Source: Candidatus Zhuqueibacterota bacterium
GTDB lineage: Bacteria > Zhuqueibacterota > Zhuqueibacteria > Thermofontimicrobiales > Thermofontimicrobiaceae
NCBI GenBank assembly: GCA_049322915.1
Contig: JBMOPW010000016.1
Span: 231,971 to 295,970 of the forward strand
DNA: 64,000 nt
Reading direction: 5' to 3'
Shown here: positions 39,741 to 50,467 of the stretch, in pieces
Layout: each line of letters begins with the position of its first letter
Position numbering within the stretch: the first letter of the stretch is position 1
Program-made: the position numbers and the translations under genes
The notes under the pieces: model-generated
What the model saw: only the letters and a program-made list of their open reading frames with translations
Databases searched by the model: none
What the model was told of the DNA's origin: nothing

Positions 39741-42700
39741 TTGTATTTAGAGAAATTGAAAATATTTGGATTTAAGTCGTTTGCGAACAAGACAGTCCTG
39801 GATCTCATGCCCGGCATCACCAGCGTGGTGGGTCCCAATGGTTGTGGCAAGAGCAATATCGTGGATGCCATTCGCTGGGTTTTGGGCGAACAAAAAGCCG
39901 GAACGCTTCGCAGCGATCGCATGGAGAATGTGATTTTCAACGGCTCGAAGAATTATAAACCGTTGGGTATGGCTGAGGTATCGCTTGTCATTCAAAATAA
40001 TAACGGCGTGCTCCCGGTGGAATACACCGAAGTCGTCATCACGCGCCGGCTGTTCCGATCCGGCGAAAGCCAATATCTGCTGAATAACGCGCCCTGCCGG
40101 TTGAAAGATATCAATGATCTGTTGATGGATACCGGTCTGACGCCGGACGCCTACTCCGTCATCGAACTGAGTATGGTGGAGACCATTTTGAATGGCAAAC
40201 CGGAAGATCGGCGCCGGATTTTCGAAGAAGCAGTCGGTATCACCAAATACAAACAGCGCCGCAAGTTGACGCTGAAAAAACTGGACGCCACGGAGCAGGA
40301 CCTGCTCCGGCTGGATGACATTATTGGCGAAGTCCGCAGCAAAGTGAATTCGCTGCATCGGCAGGTGCGACGCGCCCAGCGTTACCAGGAATTGGCCAGC
40401 GAGTTGAAGGAATCGGAAATACGCGTGGCGACATTTCAATTCAGCAGCATCTACGAGGAGCTGGGGCCATTGAATGCCCGTTTCGAAGAACTGCGCCGCA
40501 ACCGCGAGAGCTTCACATCTCAAATTTCATTCCGCGAGGCTGAAGTGGAAGCGCTTCAGGCGGATTTGATCAAGCTGGAAGGACAATTGCGTGAGCAGCA
40601 GCAGCGATTGAATGAATACAATGAGAAGATACACAAGCGCGAAGAAGAAGTGCTGCTCAGCCGCGAGCGGCTCAAATCCCTGGCTGAAAATAAAGTGCGG
40701 CTTCAGGTTGAAATTGAAAACCTGAAGCAGCGCATCCAGACGCATAACGCCCAGGTCGCCACGCTCGATCAGAAGAAAACGGAGATCACGGCTGAAATTG
40801 AAAAAGTCAAATCTTCGTTTCAGGGGGAGAAACAGGAACTGGATTCGCTCGAGCAGGTGATTGCAAAGAAAAAGTCGGACAGTCGTTCTGTGGAGCAGAA
40901 GGTGTATGACGAAATGCAATCGATCTCGGATAAGCGTCGGACACTGGAGCGATTCAATGCTCAATTGGATAATTTGAAGGAACGCACGATTCGCCTGGCG
41001 GACGAGAAGCGCGCAGCGACCGACAAAATTAAAACGGACAGCACAGAAAAACAACGATTGCTCGAAGCCATGGAGCAACAGCAGGGCGACCTTGAAGGTC
41101 TGTTCGAGACACAATCGGCGCTGGAGCAGGAGTCGGAAGAACACAGCGCGCAGATAGAAAAACTGAAAAACGACATTCTTAAAAAAGTCAGCCAGATCGA
41201 ATCGCTTCATCAGCGCGCTGCATTTTTGATAGAATTGATGGAGAGCTACGCCGATTATCCCGAGGGCGTGAAATACCTCATGAAGAACTTCGGCGCCGAA
41301 AAGGGATTTCAGGGTACCATCGCCGATGTCATCAAAGTCGAAGATGCGCATCGGAAGGCGGTCGAGTCTGCTCTTGGCGAGATGGCGACCTTCCTGGTGG
41401 TGGCTGACCGCGACGCAGCGTATCTCGGCATTCAGAAGCTGAACGAGAACCGGCAGGGCATCGTGACGTTTTTGCCGGTGAAGAATCTGACCCAAAAGAC
41501 GAGCCGGCCAAACGTTCCGAATCAATCCGGCGTGATTGGCTGGGCCGATGCATTGGTGACGGCGGATGCTCAATTTTTGCCGGCAATGAACATACTTTTG
41601 GGCTCGACCCTCATCGTTGATAATTGGGATGCGGCGCTCAGTCTGGCCGATCAATTCAGCGAAGAGAAAATTCAGATTGTCACACTGGCCGGTGAAACGG
41701 TGTTCAGTTGGGGCGGCGTTCGAAGCGGGAAAAAGCAGACCGATACGGAAGGATTGATTGGTCGCCAGGATCAACTCCAGCAGCACAATCGCCAGATTGA
41801 ATCGCTGCAAGATGAACTGAAGGTCGCGGAGAAAAAGCTGCGGGAGTTGGAGTCGGATCGCGCCGAAAATGTTCGGAAGCGAAATACGATTGTACAGACG
41901 ATCAAAACGATGCAGGATCAAACAGCGAAATCGCAGATGGCGCTTTCGCAAATTGAATACCGCCTCGTCCAGGCTCAGGAGCGCAGCGCTAAAAATGAAG
42001 AAGAGCAGCAGCTCATCAAAGATCAGCAGCAGAAGCTGTTTTCGCAGTACGAAGCCCTGGACGCAGAACTGTCGGTTCATACCAAAATTCAGACAGAAAA
42101 GAGCGAGCAGATCAAGGCGCAACAGTTGGAAATTGATGAGTACGACCGGACGCGACGCGAATTGGCCGAGCGGGTGAACCAGCTCAATCTGCGGATTGTC
42201 GAATTGACGAGCATCGACAGGAACCTGGACCGCGAGCAGCAGCAGACTCATCATTTCATCAGGGAGGATGAATCTGCAATCAAAACGCGCGAGCAGACGC
42301 TGGTCAATAACGACGGCCAGCGCGAGGATTTGGAGTCGCGAATTGATGAATTGGGAGAACTGCTAGCCGGCGACTACACGGAAAAAGAACAGGTCGATAA
42401 AAAGGCAAACGAGTTGCGGGATCAGACGAAATCACTTCGGGAGACCATCGAAACAAAGAATAAAACCGTTCAGCAACTGCGAAGCGAACGGGAGAGCAAT
42501 TCCGATGCCGTGCATCAGGTGGAATTGCGCATCTCCGAGCTGCGCATCAAGGCTGATAATCTGTATCGCCGCCTCATCGAGGAATACGATTGGGAATTAA
42601 AGCGCGGTGAAATTGATCCGGACTATTCAGTGCAGGTGGATGAAACTCGAATCGAAGAAGTGCGTGAGAAAATCAAAACGTTGGGGCCGGTCAATCTGTT

Positions 42701-43274
42701 GGCGCTCAAAGAATATGAGCAGGAAAAAGAACGGCTCGATTTTCTGGAGAAACAGCAGGAAGACCTGATCACGGCGGAACAGAATTTGAAAGAGACGATT
42801 CAGCAATTGAACGAGTCAGCCCAGGACAGGTTTGATTCGGTGTTCAACGACATCCGCCAGAATTTCATCAACGTGTTTAAAAATTTCTTCCCCAATGGCG
42901 AGGCCGATCTGATCATCGTCGAAGGGGACGATCCGCTGGAGGCAGCCATCGAAATTAAAGCCAATCCCAAAGGCAAGAAAATGGAATCATTGACATTGCT
43001 CTCGGGAGGCGAGAAAGCGTTGACCGCCATTTCGCTGCTCTTCGGCATCTACCTGGTGAAACCCAGCCCTGTGTGCATTCTGGATGAAGTGGACGCTCCG
43101 CTCGACGATACCAATATCAAGCGATTCATCCATGCGCTGAGAGATTTTTCAGGATCGACGCAATTCATCATCATCACCCACAACAAACTCACCATGAAAT
43201 CATCGGACTGCCTTTATGGCGTGACCATGGAAGAAAGCGGGGTTTCGAAAACAGTATCGGTTAAATTAGAATGA
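39741..43274 (+). CDS. smc: Chromosome partition protein Smc
   Basis: GFKSF, GPNGCGKSN, coiled coils, hinge, LSGGE and LDEVDAPLD; TTG start. Confidence 0.97.
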   Translation: MYLEKLKIFGFKSFANKTVLDLMPGITSVVGPNGCGKSNIVDAIRWVLGEQKAGTLRSDRMENVIFNGSKNYKPLGMAEVSLVIQNNNGVLPVEYTEVVITRRLFRSGESQYLLNNAPCRLKDINDLLMDTGLTPDAYSVIELSMVETILNGKPEDRRRIFEEAVGITKYKQRRKLTLKKLDATEQDLLRLDDIIGEVRSKVNSLHRQVRRAQRYQELASELKESEIRVATFQFSSIYEELGPLNARFEELRRNRESFTSQISFREAEVEALQADLIKLEGQLREQQQRLNEYNEKIHKREEEVLLSRERLKSLAENKVRLQVEIENLKQRIQTHNAQVATLDQKKTEITAEIEKVKSSFQGEKQELDSLEQVIAKKKSDSRSVEQKVYDEMQSISDKRRTLERFNAQLDNLKERTIRLADEKRAATDKIKTDSTEKQRLLEAMEQQQGDLEGLFETQSALEQESEEHSAQIEKLKNDILKKVSQIESLHQRAAFLIELMESYADYPEGVKYLMKNFGAEKGFQGTIADVIKVEDAHRKAVESALGEMATFLVVADRDAAYLGIQKLNENRQGIVTFLPVKNLTQKTSRPNVPNQSGVIGWADALVTADAQFLPAMNILLGSTLIVDNWDAALSLADQFSEEKIQIVTLAGETVFSWGGVRSGKKQTDTEGLIGRQDQLQQHNRQIESLQDELKVAEKKLRELESDRAENVRKRNTIVQTIKTMQDQTAKSQMALSQIEYRLVQAQERSAKNEEEQQLIKDQQQKLFSQYEALDAELSVHTKIQTEKSEQIKAQQLEIDEYDRTRRELAERVNQLNLRIVELTSIDRNLDREQQQTHHFIREDESAIKTREQTLVNNDGQREDLESRIDELGELLAGDYTEKEQVDKKANELRDQTKSLRETIETKNKTVQQLRSERESNSDAVHQVELRISELRIKADNLYRRLIEEYDWELKRGEIDPDYSVQVDETRIEEVREKIKTLGPVNLLALKEYEQEKERLDFLEKQQEDLITAEQNLKETIQQLNESAQDRFDSVFNDIRQNFINVFKNFFPNGEADLIIVEGDDPLEAAIEIKANPKGKKMESLTLLSGGEKALTAISLLFGIYLVKPSPVCILDEVDAPLDDTNIKRFIHALRDFSGSTQFIIITHNKLTMKSSDCLYGVTMEESGVSKTVSVKLE

Positions 43275-43301
43275 TGCATATTCATATTCGGAGAGAAGGA
43301 A

Positions 43302-44732
43302 ATGATGAAAAGAAAATTGTGTCTGTATGGAGCGCTGATACTCCTGACGGGCCTGTTTTTCCCTCTGACAGTTCATACTCAGGTCAATCAAGCGGAGAAG
43401 ATCACCCAGGAGAGATTCGATTTCAGCTTTGACTGCGCTCGATTCAGAAGCCAGCAGGGATTTGTGCTGCTGGAACTTTATTACTCGGTTTTCAGAAATT
43501 ATCTGCAATTTGAGCAGGTGGATAGCGTCTGGGAAGCATCGTTCAATTTCAAAACAGAGGTGTGGCAAAATGATTCGTTGCTGGCTTCGGATTCCTGGCC
43601 GAATTTTCACGCGGTGGACAGTTTGCATCACATCCTGCCGGGACAAAAATTGTATGGCATTGGTTACTTTGGATTGCGCGCCGGCAGCTATACCCTCAAA
43701 TTGAATCTCACGGATACGCGCTCAAATTTCGCGCGGGAAAAAATTCAGGAAGTGACCATCGAGCCGTTCTCCGAAGACGGGCTGGATTTGAGCGACATCG
43801 AATTAGCCAGCCGCATTGAGCCGGCCAAAGAGAAATCGCGTTTTTACAAAAATAGCTATCTCGTCATTCCCAATACCGACCAGTTCTATGGCACCGGTCT
43901 GCCCATGCTGATGTTCTATTGCGAAATATATAACCTGAAAAAGGCGGACGAACCGGATACCTCGAAGTACGCTGTCAGTTATAAAATTTTCGATGGCGAT
44001 GGGCAATCCGTCCGGCAATTCCCGGCAAAAATCAGGACGAAACCGGGCGCATCCGCGGTGGAAGTCAGCGGCATGAATATCATCTCGTTTCGGTCAGGCA
44101 CCTATTTCTTTGAATTGACCGTCAAAGACCTGTTCTCCGGAAATGAGGTATCCCGGCGGAAGAAGTTTTACATCTATCGTGAGGGCGATCTGGCCGTGCC
44201 GGACAGCGTGTCGCAAAAGCAGGTGGCAGATCGGCTGAAAGCATCCATGGATCGGGTCTATAGCACAATGAGCACCGATAACATGGATGAGGAATTTGAT
44301 GCGGCCTCGTATCTTGCCACGGGCGATGAGAAGAAGATTTATAAAACGCTGGATGCAGTTGGCAAGCAGAAATTCCTGATGGAATTCTGGGCGTCGCGCG
44401 ACCAGACTATTGGCACGCCTCAGAACGAATTCCGCGATAATTACCTGGCGCTGATGCGCACTGCGAACGAGAATTTCACCGGCTTCAAAAAAGGGTATAA
44501 AACGGATCGCGGCCGGATATTGCTGGTCTATGGCGTACCGGACGAAATTGAAAGAGTCCCCTACAGCTCAGAGAATAAAGCCTATATGATCTGGAAATAT
44601 TTCTCAATTCAGGGCGGCGTGGACTTTGTGTTCGTGGACAAGCGCGGCATCGGCGATCTGGAATTGGTGAATTCAACGGCGCGGGGCGAACTGAATGACC
44701 CCAACTGGGAACGCTGGATCAATCCCAATTGA
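43302..44732 (+). CDS. GWxTD domain protein, secreted
   Basis: Signal peptide; FWASRD...NEF...AN.F...GYKTDRGRILLVYGVPDEI...WKY. Confidence 0.85.
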   Translation: MMKRKLCLYGALILLTGLFFPLTVHTQVNQAEKITQERFDFSFDCARFRSQQGFVLLELYYSVFRNYLQFEQVDSVWEASFNFKTEVWQNDSLLASDSWPNFHAVDSLHHILPGQKLYGIGYFGLRAGSYTLKLNLTDTRSNFAREKIQEVTIEPFSEDGLDLSDIELASRIEPAKEKSRFYKNSYLVIPNTDQFYGTGLPMLMFYCEIYNLKKADEPDTSKYAVSYKIFDGDGQSVRQFPAKIRTKPGASAVEVSGMNIISFRSGTYFFELTVKDLFSGNEVSRRKKFYIYREGDLAVPDSVSQKQVADRLKASMDRVYSTMSTDNMDEEFDAASYLATGDEKKIYKTLDAVGKQKFLMEFWASRDQTIGTPQNEFRDNYLALMRTANENFTGFKKGYKTDRGRILLVYGVPDEIERVPYSSENKAYMIWKYFSIQGGVDFVFVDKRGIGDLELVNSTARGELNDPNWERWINPN

Positions 44733-44847
44733 GGGGCGAACGATCTGAACTGGCTGTCATCACCCGATGTGGAAGCTCCGGAAAGCAAAAAAAAATTACA
44801 AATAAAAACAGAGCACCAAAAAATTAATTTCCAATTGTCAGGGCTCG

Positions 44848-44878
44848 CCGCGCTGGATAAATATCCAGCGCGATCATG
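44848..44878. repeat. REP-like palindrome, copy 1
   Basis: CCGCGCTGGATAAATATCCAGCGCGATCATG, identical to 53878-53908 at 29 of 31 bases. Confidence 0.75.
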
Positions 44879-44940
44879 TGGTTGATCAGTTCCGCCGGGC
44901 TGCCGGGCGCAATCGGGCGGAAGCCAATCACGTGACTGGC

Positions 44941-46833
44941 TTATACCTGCGAGCGAATCCAGACCAACATTTCACCCGGCGTCCGATTGTCCCAGGCGAA
45001 ATAGGGGATCGCTTTTATTTCAATGGGATTGTAGCGGCCCTGCATCGGACGGTAGAGATCGGTCGACCATTGCGGGCCCTGCCGGCGCAACGCTTTGCCG
45101 CGGATTGTGACTACACCGCCCAGCAGATCGGGATCAAAGGATGTTCGAAATCCGGGCTGCTCAGAAAGGACAATGTCGTTCAGCACAGGGCCGTTATCCG
45201 CTTGTTCGAGGCAGTAAATGACCGGCCCGCGCAGCAGCGCGACGCGTCCGCCATTCACTCCGACCTCCGGCCGCGCTTCGATCCTCTCCACCGGCATGGG
45301 CAGGCGCAGCGTTACCATGTCGCCGGCGCGCCAGGTCCGGTGAATGAAGGTGTAGCCTTTTTGAACATGATTGGCGTGGTCAAACGCAATTCCATTGACG
45401 GCAATGTGCGGATTGCGGCACCAGCCGGGCAGCCGAATCGCCAGTTGAAATTCTGCCCGTTTTTCTGGCTGAACCGAAATTTGCACTGTCTCCTCCCACG
45501 GATAGTACGTTGTCAGCGACAGCCGAATGGGATGAGAGCCTACCTCCATCGCTGCCGTGCTCTGAAAAAATTGATGGATGAACACAGTGTGCTCTGCTGT
45601 GGAAAAAGCATATCCCCCGACCGAAGCCAGTAGCCGCGCGATATTGGGCGGACAACAGGCGCAATCGAACCATACCTGCCGATGCCGGTTTCCCCGGCTT
45701 GCCAGCGGATTATCATAAAAAAATTTCCTGCCGTCCAGCGAAACACCAGCCATCACGTTGTTGTACAGGCATTTTTCGACGATGTCGGCATACTGGCGCT
45801 CTCCGTTCATTTGAAGCATTCGGGACGACCAGAACACAAGCCCGATGGCCGCGCAGGTCTCCGCGTACGCGGATTCATTGGGCAAATCATAATCCAGTGT
45901 AAATCCTTCATTGTGCCGGGACGAGCCGATGCCGCCGGTGATGTACATCCGCTTCTGAATCAGATTGTCCCAGAGCGCGCGACAGACCGAAACGAGTTCA
46001 GCGTCGTCGGTTTCGTGAGCGACATCGAGCGCGCCGCTGAACAGATACGTCGCGCGCACCGCATGGCCAACCACCTCCGTTTGCTGTCGCACCGGGACAT
46101 GAGCTTGCAGCATTTGATAGGGTCCGTATTTCCATGCTTCCGGATCCTCGCCGCGCAGGCGCGCTTCTGAATCGTAATAATGGGGTTGCTGTCCCCGCTC
46201 GTCGATGAAAAACTTTGCCAGATTCAGATATTTCCTGTCGCCTGTGAGGCGATAAAGTTTCACGAGCGCTAACTCGATCTCCTCATGGCCGGGATAGCCG
46301 CGTTTTTTCCCGTCTTCCGGCCCGAAGACCGTGTCGATGTAATCGATGTAGCGGATCATCGTCTTCAGCAATCGGTCTTTCTTCGTCGCTTCGAAATAGG
46401 CGATGGCGGCTTCCAGCATGTGCCCGGCGCAGTACAGTTCGTGACAATCGCGAAGGTTGGTCCAGCGCTTGTCCGGCTCCACGCTCGTGAAATAGATGTT
46501 GAGATAGCCATCCGGCTGCTGGGCCTGCGCGATCCGTTCGATGACCGCATCGACCTTCCTTTCCAGGTTTTCATCCGAATGGGTGGCCAGCGAATAGGCC
46601 GACGCTTCGATCCACTTGGCCGCATCGGAATCCCAGAAAATATGCGGCCGGGGTTTATCGCTCTCCTGCGTCCAGTCCAGTTTCCAGGCTTCGAATCGCC
46701 CGGTCTTCTCATTCATGGCATAGATGTGCGGGATCGTCTGAGCGGTGTTGATCGCCTGTTTCATCCCAAAAAATCCCTGGTTCAATTGAACCTGTCGAAA
46801 GGACACCGGTTGTAATTTGTACACATCGGGCAT
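44941..46833 (-). CDS. GH127 beta-L-arabinofuranosidase-like protein
   Basis: FWDSD, HELYCAGH, GHEEIELAL, GHAVRA, EGF, AETCA and CACCPPN. Confidence 0.93.
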   Translation of the reverse strand: MPDVYKLQPVSFRQVQLNQGFFGMKQAINTAQTIPHIYAMNEKTGRFEAWKLDWTQESDKPRPHIFWDSDAAKWIEASAYSLATHSDENLERKVDAVIERIAQAQQPDGYLNIYFTSVEPDKRWTNLRDCHELYCAGHMLEAAIAYFEATKKDRLLKTMIRYIDYIDTVFGPEDGKKRGYPGHEEIELALVKLYRLTGDRKYLNLAKFFIDERGQQPHYYDSEARLRGEDPEAWKYGPYQMLQAHVPVRQQTEVVGHAVRATYLFSGALDVAHETDDAELVSVCRALWDNLIQKRMYITGGIGSSRHNEGFTLDYDLPNESAYAETCAAIGLVFWSSRMLQMNGERQYADIVEKCLYNNVMAGVSLDGRKFFYDNPLASRGNRHRQVWFDCACCPPNIARLLASVGGYAFSTAEHTVFIHQFFQSTAAMEVGSHPIRLSLTTYYPWEETVQISVQPEKRAEFQLAIRLPGWCRNPHIAVNGIAFDHANHVQKGYTFIHRTWRAGDMVTLRLPMPVERIEARPEVGVNGGRVALLRGPVIYCLEQADNGPVLNDIVLSEQPGFRTSFDPDLLGGVVTIRGKALRRQGPQWSTDLYRPMQGRYNPIEIKAIPYFAWDNRTPGEMLVWIRSQV

Positions 46834-47069
46834 ACATTCTCCTCCAGCTTTCTGACTTAAATTTCATTGGTTGACGATTTCAGCGCAAAAACGGGCTGCT
46901 TTCTCAGCGGCAGCGTCAGTCCTCTGAGCTATAAAATCCGCAATACTCCGGGAAGGCATCGGCGGCAAAATTTTACCTCGCCGGGTTGACGCCTGCGGTT
47001 CGTTTCATGGATTGGAAAAACCAAATTCAGGCATCGTGATTTCTCAAGGCAAGCAACCACCCGGTTGAC

Positions 47070-48713
47070 TCAAAACGAAAAAAGGATTTGTCTTTTATAC
47101 GCGCGCCACTTGCTTTCTGAAATATGCCGCACATCGTTCATCGGGGATAACACGATATCCGTCCCTTTCATCTGGTAGACGCCGGGCTGAAGAGGGCTCA
47201 AATCGAAAGACCGCTCAAAATGAATTTCCTCATCTGTTTCGCAGCCCAGGATCAACGGCCCGTGTCGGAACGTGTGATAATTCCGGATGCTGTTCCGGTT
47301 GAGCACGCTCTGGGTCTGGCACGTCACATCCGCATGCAATTCCAGCCGATCCCCCTTTTTGAGTTCGCAGACACATTCGACAAAGTTATTTTGCAACGAA
47401 TAGGGCATTGCCTTGCCATTGAAAGCCAGCGAGGCGGCTGTCAGCCAGGTCGGCAGAAATAGCCGCAGGCGAATGGGCGAGCAGGCAGTGGATTCCAGAA
47501 TCTCGAGTCGAACGCTGCCTTCGTATGGATAGCCGGTCGTCTGCTGTATCCGCACGATGTCGTCGCGCAACTGCAGTGTGGCCTGGTTATCGAAATAGAA
47601 GGGGAGGTAAATCACATCGTCATCGACGAAGTACAACGACTCAACCGCTCGGGCAAAAAATTCACCGCCGCGCATGGTACAGCACCAGTGGGCTTCGTAA
47701 TTATTGAAAGCGATGAAGGGATTGGTCGAGCCGGCGCAGGTATCGCAGCCAAATCCGCCGTTTGCGCGCTGCCCGTGAGAGATGGCGTTGAAGTAGATCA
47801 GGTGCGCATCTTCAAGGTAGCCGGGCTCTCCGGTGAATCGCCACAGAGACACGGCGACGATGAACGCGTCGATCATGCCGCACGGCTCTGTCCATTCCGG
47901 CCGGCCGAACCAGGCGTAATTGGCATAATTTTCTGTCATGGCTTCGGTGCGATAGAGGTGATAAATTTCCCTGGTTCTTTCCAGTAAAAGGCTATCCCTG
48001 GTCTGCTCGTAATGTCTCAGCAGACCGCGCAGCGCGGTGAGCACCGCGTGAGTTTGCGCTTGTATTTGAGCTATATCCATTTCCAAAAATCGCTGAATCA
48101 TGGTTTCTGTTAACTGACGCAGATCATTGGATAAAAATATTTTGTAGGCGTGAGTCAGCCCATCCAGGGCCAAAAAGGCGCAGCCGACGTCCGAGGAAAG
48201 CTGCCAGTTGTCCACTGTGCCCGGGATGAGGTTGCCGGCTTCCATGCCCTCGGTTTTTCTGACCGATGGACCCAGAGGATATTCCGCGATGAATCGCCGG
48301 GTTGGGAGATACAGATTCTTGACAAGATTCTGAAGCGTGGCATACGCCTGCGCATCCCGCTTCCAGAGATAATATTCGATGAGTCCGCGCACAACCCAAT
48401 GCTGACCAGCAAATTGCTGTTCGTCCACGAAATTGCTGGCGCGCACCTTGCCGAAGTAACCCTGCTTGTTCATCTGTTTAGGAAATAATGAAATGATTTT
48501 GTCCAGATAGTGGCTCTCGCGGTGCGTGGCCTGCGAGAGCAATGTCAGAGCCAGCACGGTGCGGCCCTCAAAATCGCCGGGCCAGGAGTAGCTTGATTCG
48601 CGAAACACCTGTGGGATCTGATAGCGGGACTCTTCCAATCGGTCGAAGTTTTTCAGAGCGCGGTTCAACAGGTCGCCCTGGATGGAGATGGATTTTAACG
48701 GAACGGATTTCAT
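47070..48713 (-). CDS. Divergent GH127/GH146-like protein
   Basis: WPGD, HA, TEPC, WCCT and TGYPYEG plus a C-terminal beta-sandwich. Confidence 0.75.
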   Translation of the reverse strand: MKSVPLKSISIQGDLLNRALKNFDRLEESRYQIPQVFRESSYSWPGDFEGRTVLALTLLSQATHRESHYLDKIISLFPKQMNKQGYFGKVRASNFVDEQQFAGQHWVVRGLIEYYLWKRDAQAYATLQNLVKNLYLPTRRFIAEYPLGPSVRKTEGMEAGNLIPGTVDNWQLSSDVGCAFLALDGLTHAYKIFLSNDLRQLTETMIQRFLEMDIAQIQAQTHAVLTALRGLLRHYEQTRDSLLLERTREIYHLYRTEAMTENYANYAWFGRPEWTEPCGMIDAFIVAVSLWRFTGEPGYLEDAHLIYFNAISHGQRANGGFGCDTCAGSTNPFIAFNNYEAHWCCTMRGGEFFARAVESLYFVDDDVIYLPFYFDNQATLQLRDDIVRIQQTTGYPYEGSVRLEILESTACSPIRLRLFLPTWLTAASLAFNGKAMPYSLQNNFVECVCELKKGDRLELHADVTCQTQSVLNRNSIRNYHTFRHGPLILGCETDEEIHFERSFDLSPLQPGVYQMKGTDIVLSPMNDVRHISESKWRAYKRQILFSF

Positions 48714-48904
48714 ACAAAAGCTCCTTAGTACACCATTTCATAAATTTTTATAGGGTTTGAAAATTTTAATAACTGCATTAATAGAATGCTGTCTTTCCCG
48801 CATGTTTTAAGCGGGAATCCATTTTGTGGATGCCCGATAGTCCGTCAGCTGACGGACGGGCAGGACAACCTACTCTACAAGAAATTGTGAAACGCTGTAC
48901 TTGT

Positions 48905-50062
48905 TCAAAGGTGAGAATAGCCGGTCAATTCCACGTACCCGTGTCCCTGCAGCGGCGCGCCGGCCTGCGAGCCCTGCACGCGCACTGCGCCTTCCCAGTA
49001 ACGAATGGTCGCGTTTAATTCCTGATTTTTAATCAGGGGAGTCACCGTCACGTCAAGCTGCGCATCCGGCACGCGCAATCGCCAGCCGGATGGGTAGCGT
49101 GCTGAGCCGGGACTGTCCCAATAATCGAGCACATCCAGCGCAACCTGCCGGAGCGATAACGGACGATAGCGGCCCTTCGGGTCGATGAGCGTCCCGTGAC
49201 TGAACCGGTCGATGCTGCCGTCCCGCCGGCGAATGCGATAAAACATCACGTCCCAGCCGTTATCCAGTTGGAGCGAAAACCAGTCCCAGCCGACCTGGTC
49301 CTGGCCGAGCGCCGATGTGCTCCACTCGCGGTCCAGCCAGGCGCTCCCGACGACCGGATGCTGTTTTTCATCTATGGCAATTTCGCCCCGGACTGCCAGC
49401 CGCGTCAATGAGTAGTAATAAGAAGCGTTGCCGGCATCCTCGCCTTTTTGACTGAGGCCGCGATTTCCGTGAAGCGCCACAGGTTTTTTATTGGTGAGTG
49501 TCAGCGAAGCCCGAACCGGATCTGCCTCACAGTCGATCTGAAGAGTCGTTGTTGAATCGATGAAATCCGCGCTGCCGGAGTGCGCTGACCAGTTTTCCAG
49601 CCAGATGCGGAACGGCTGCGCCTGGGCGCCGGCCAGCCCTGGTGCGCCGCGACTGAATCGCTCGAAGAAATAGAAGCGGTTGGCAGCCGCATCGGTCACA
49701 GTGAAATGCGCCATGTAAATCTGATTGGTCGCCCATGCTGACGTCCGGCGCAGGGAATCCGGAGTGAGCGCGCTGCGAAAGAGGGTGAATTGAAATCCGA
49801 AACGCTCGCCAGCCGGATTGGCGGCGTTGCCTGTGAAATACCACCACTCGGATTGAAAGTCCGGATGAGGTCCGTGATCCCGGGGAAAAGAGAACTCGCG
49901 CACAATATCCGCTTTTTCAAAGCCGGCAGTCACGGACTCGCCCAAAATATCTGTCACGTCAAAATGCGTTTTCAATTCGGTGCGGTCCTGTTTCATCAGC
50001 AACAGCGAGGCGATGAGAAACAGAATCAAAATCAGCGCTAAAAATAAAAGAATACGTTTCAT
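48905..50062 (-). CDS. Lipocalin-like AttH / CrtC-family protein
   Basis: FPRDHGPHP, EWWYFTG, SYYYS, WLDREWS, GWDWFS and YWEG. Confidence 0.9.
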   Translation of the reverse strand: MKRILLFLALILILFLIASLLLMKQDRTELKTHFDVTDILGESVTAGFEKADIVREFSFPRDHGPHPDFQSEWWYFTGNAANPAGERFGFQFTLFRSALTPDSLRRTSAWATNQIYMAHFTVTDAAANRFYFFERFSRGAPGLAGAQAQPFRIWLENWSAHSGSADFIDSTTTLQIDCEADPVRASLTLTNKKPVALHGNRGLSQKGEDAGNASYYYSLTRLAVRGEIAIDEKQHPVVGSAWLDREWSTSALGQDQVGWDWFSLQLDNGWDVMFYRIRRRDGSIDRFSHGTLIDPKGRYRPLSLRQVALDVLDYWDSPGSARYPSGWRLRVPDAQLDVTVTPLIKNQELNATIRYWEGAVRVQGSQAGAPLQGHGYVELTGYSHL

Positions 50063-50467
50063 GCAACCAAGTCATTGAAGTGAATTTTTCGGACGAAATA
50101 GCCTCGTACAAAATTCCCGGTCGGGCGACGATGGTCTTGGCGAAGCAGTGTAATCCGGCGAAAGCACCCGAGTGAAATTTTATTTTGAAAGGTTTGATCC
50201 GCGAACTTTCGACAGACGAAATCGACTCCGGCCAACAATCCGCGTCGTGATTCGCTCCGCCGGTTTTTTTTCGAAGAAAAGGTAATATTTATTTTTGTCA
50301 TTTGAAAGAAAAATTTCAATTTCGCACAGGTTGAGATGAATTTTCAAAGGGTGTTTTTATGAATTGGGTGTATTGCAGAATCAAACTGGGAACGGTGAGA
50401 TAGCGACCGGATGTCGCTGCTCTGCCCCGCTGAAAAGAAAAGGTGGTCTGTAGCGGGCAGGTTCAGT

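Noticed and set aside
39747..42254. Long antisense ORFs opposite smc (also 1428-2390, 34344-35198 and 36955-38208)
   Set aside because: These are shadow frames of well-supported genes and carry no recognisable motifs.
46860..47069. GGTTGAC repeated three times and small hairpins between the GH127 genes
   Set aside because: Too short and irregularly spaced to support a call.
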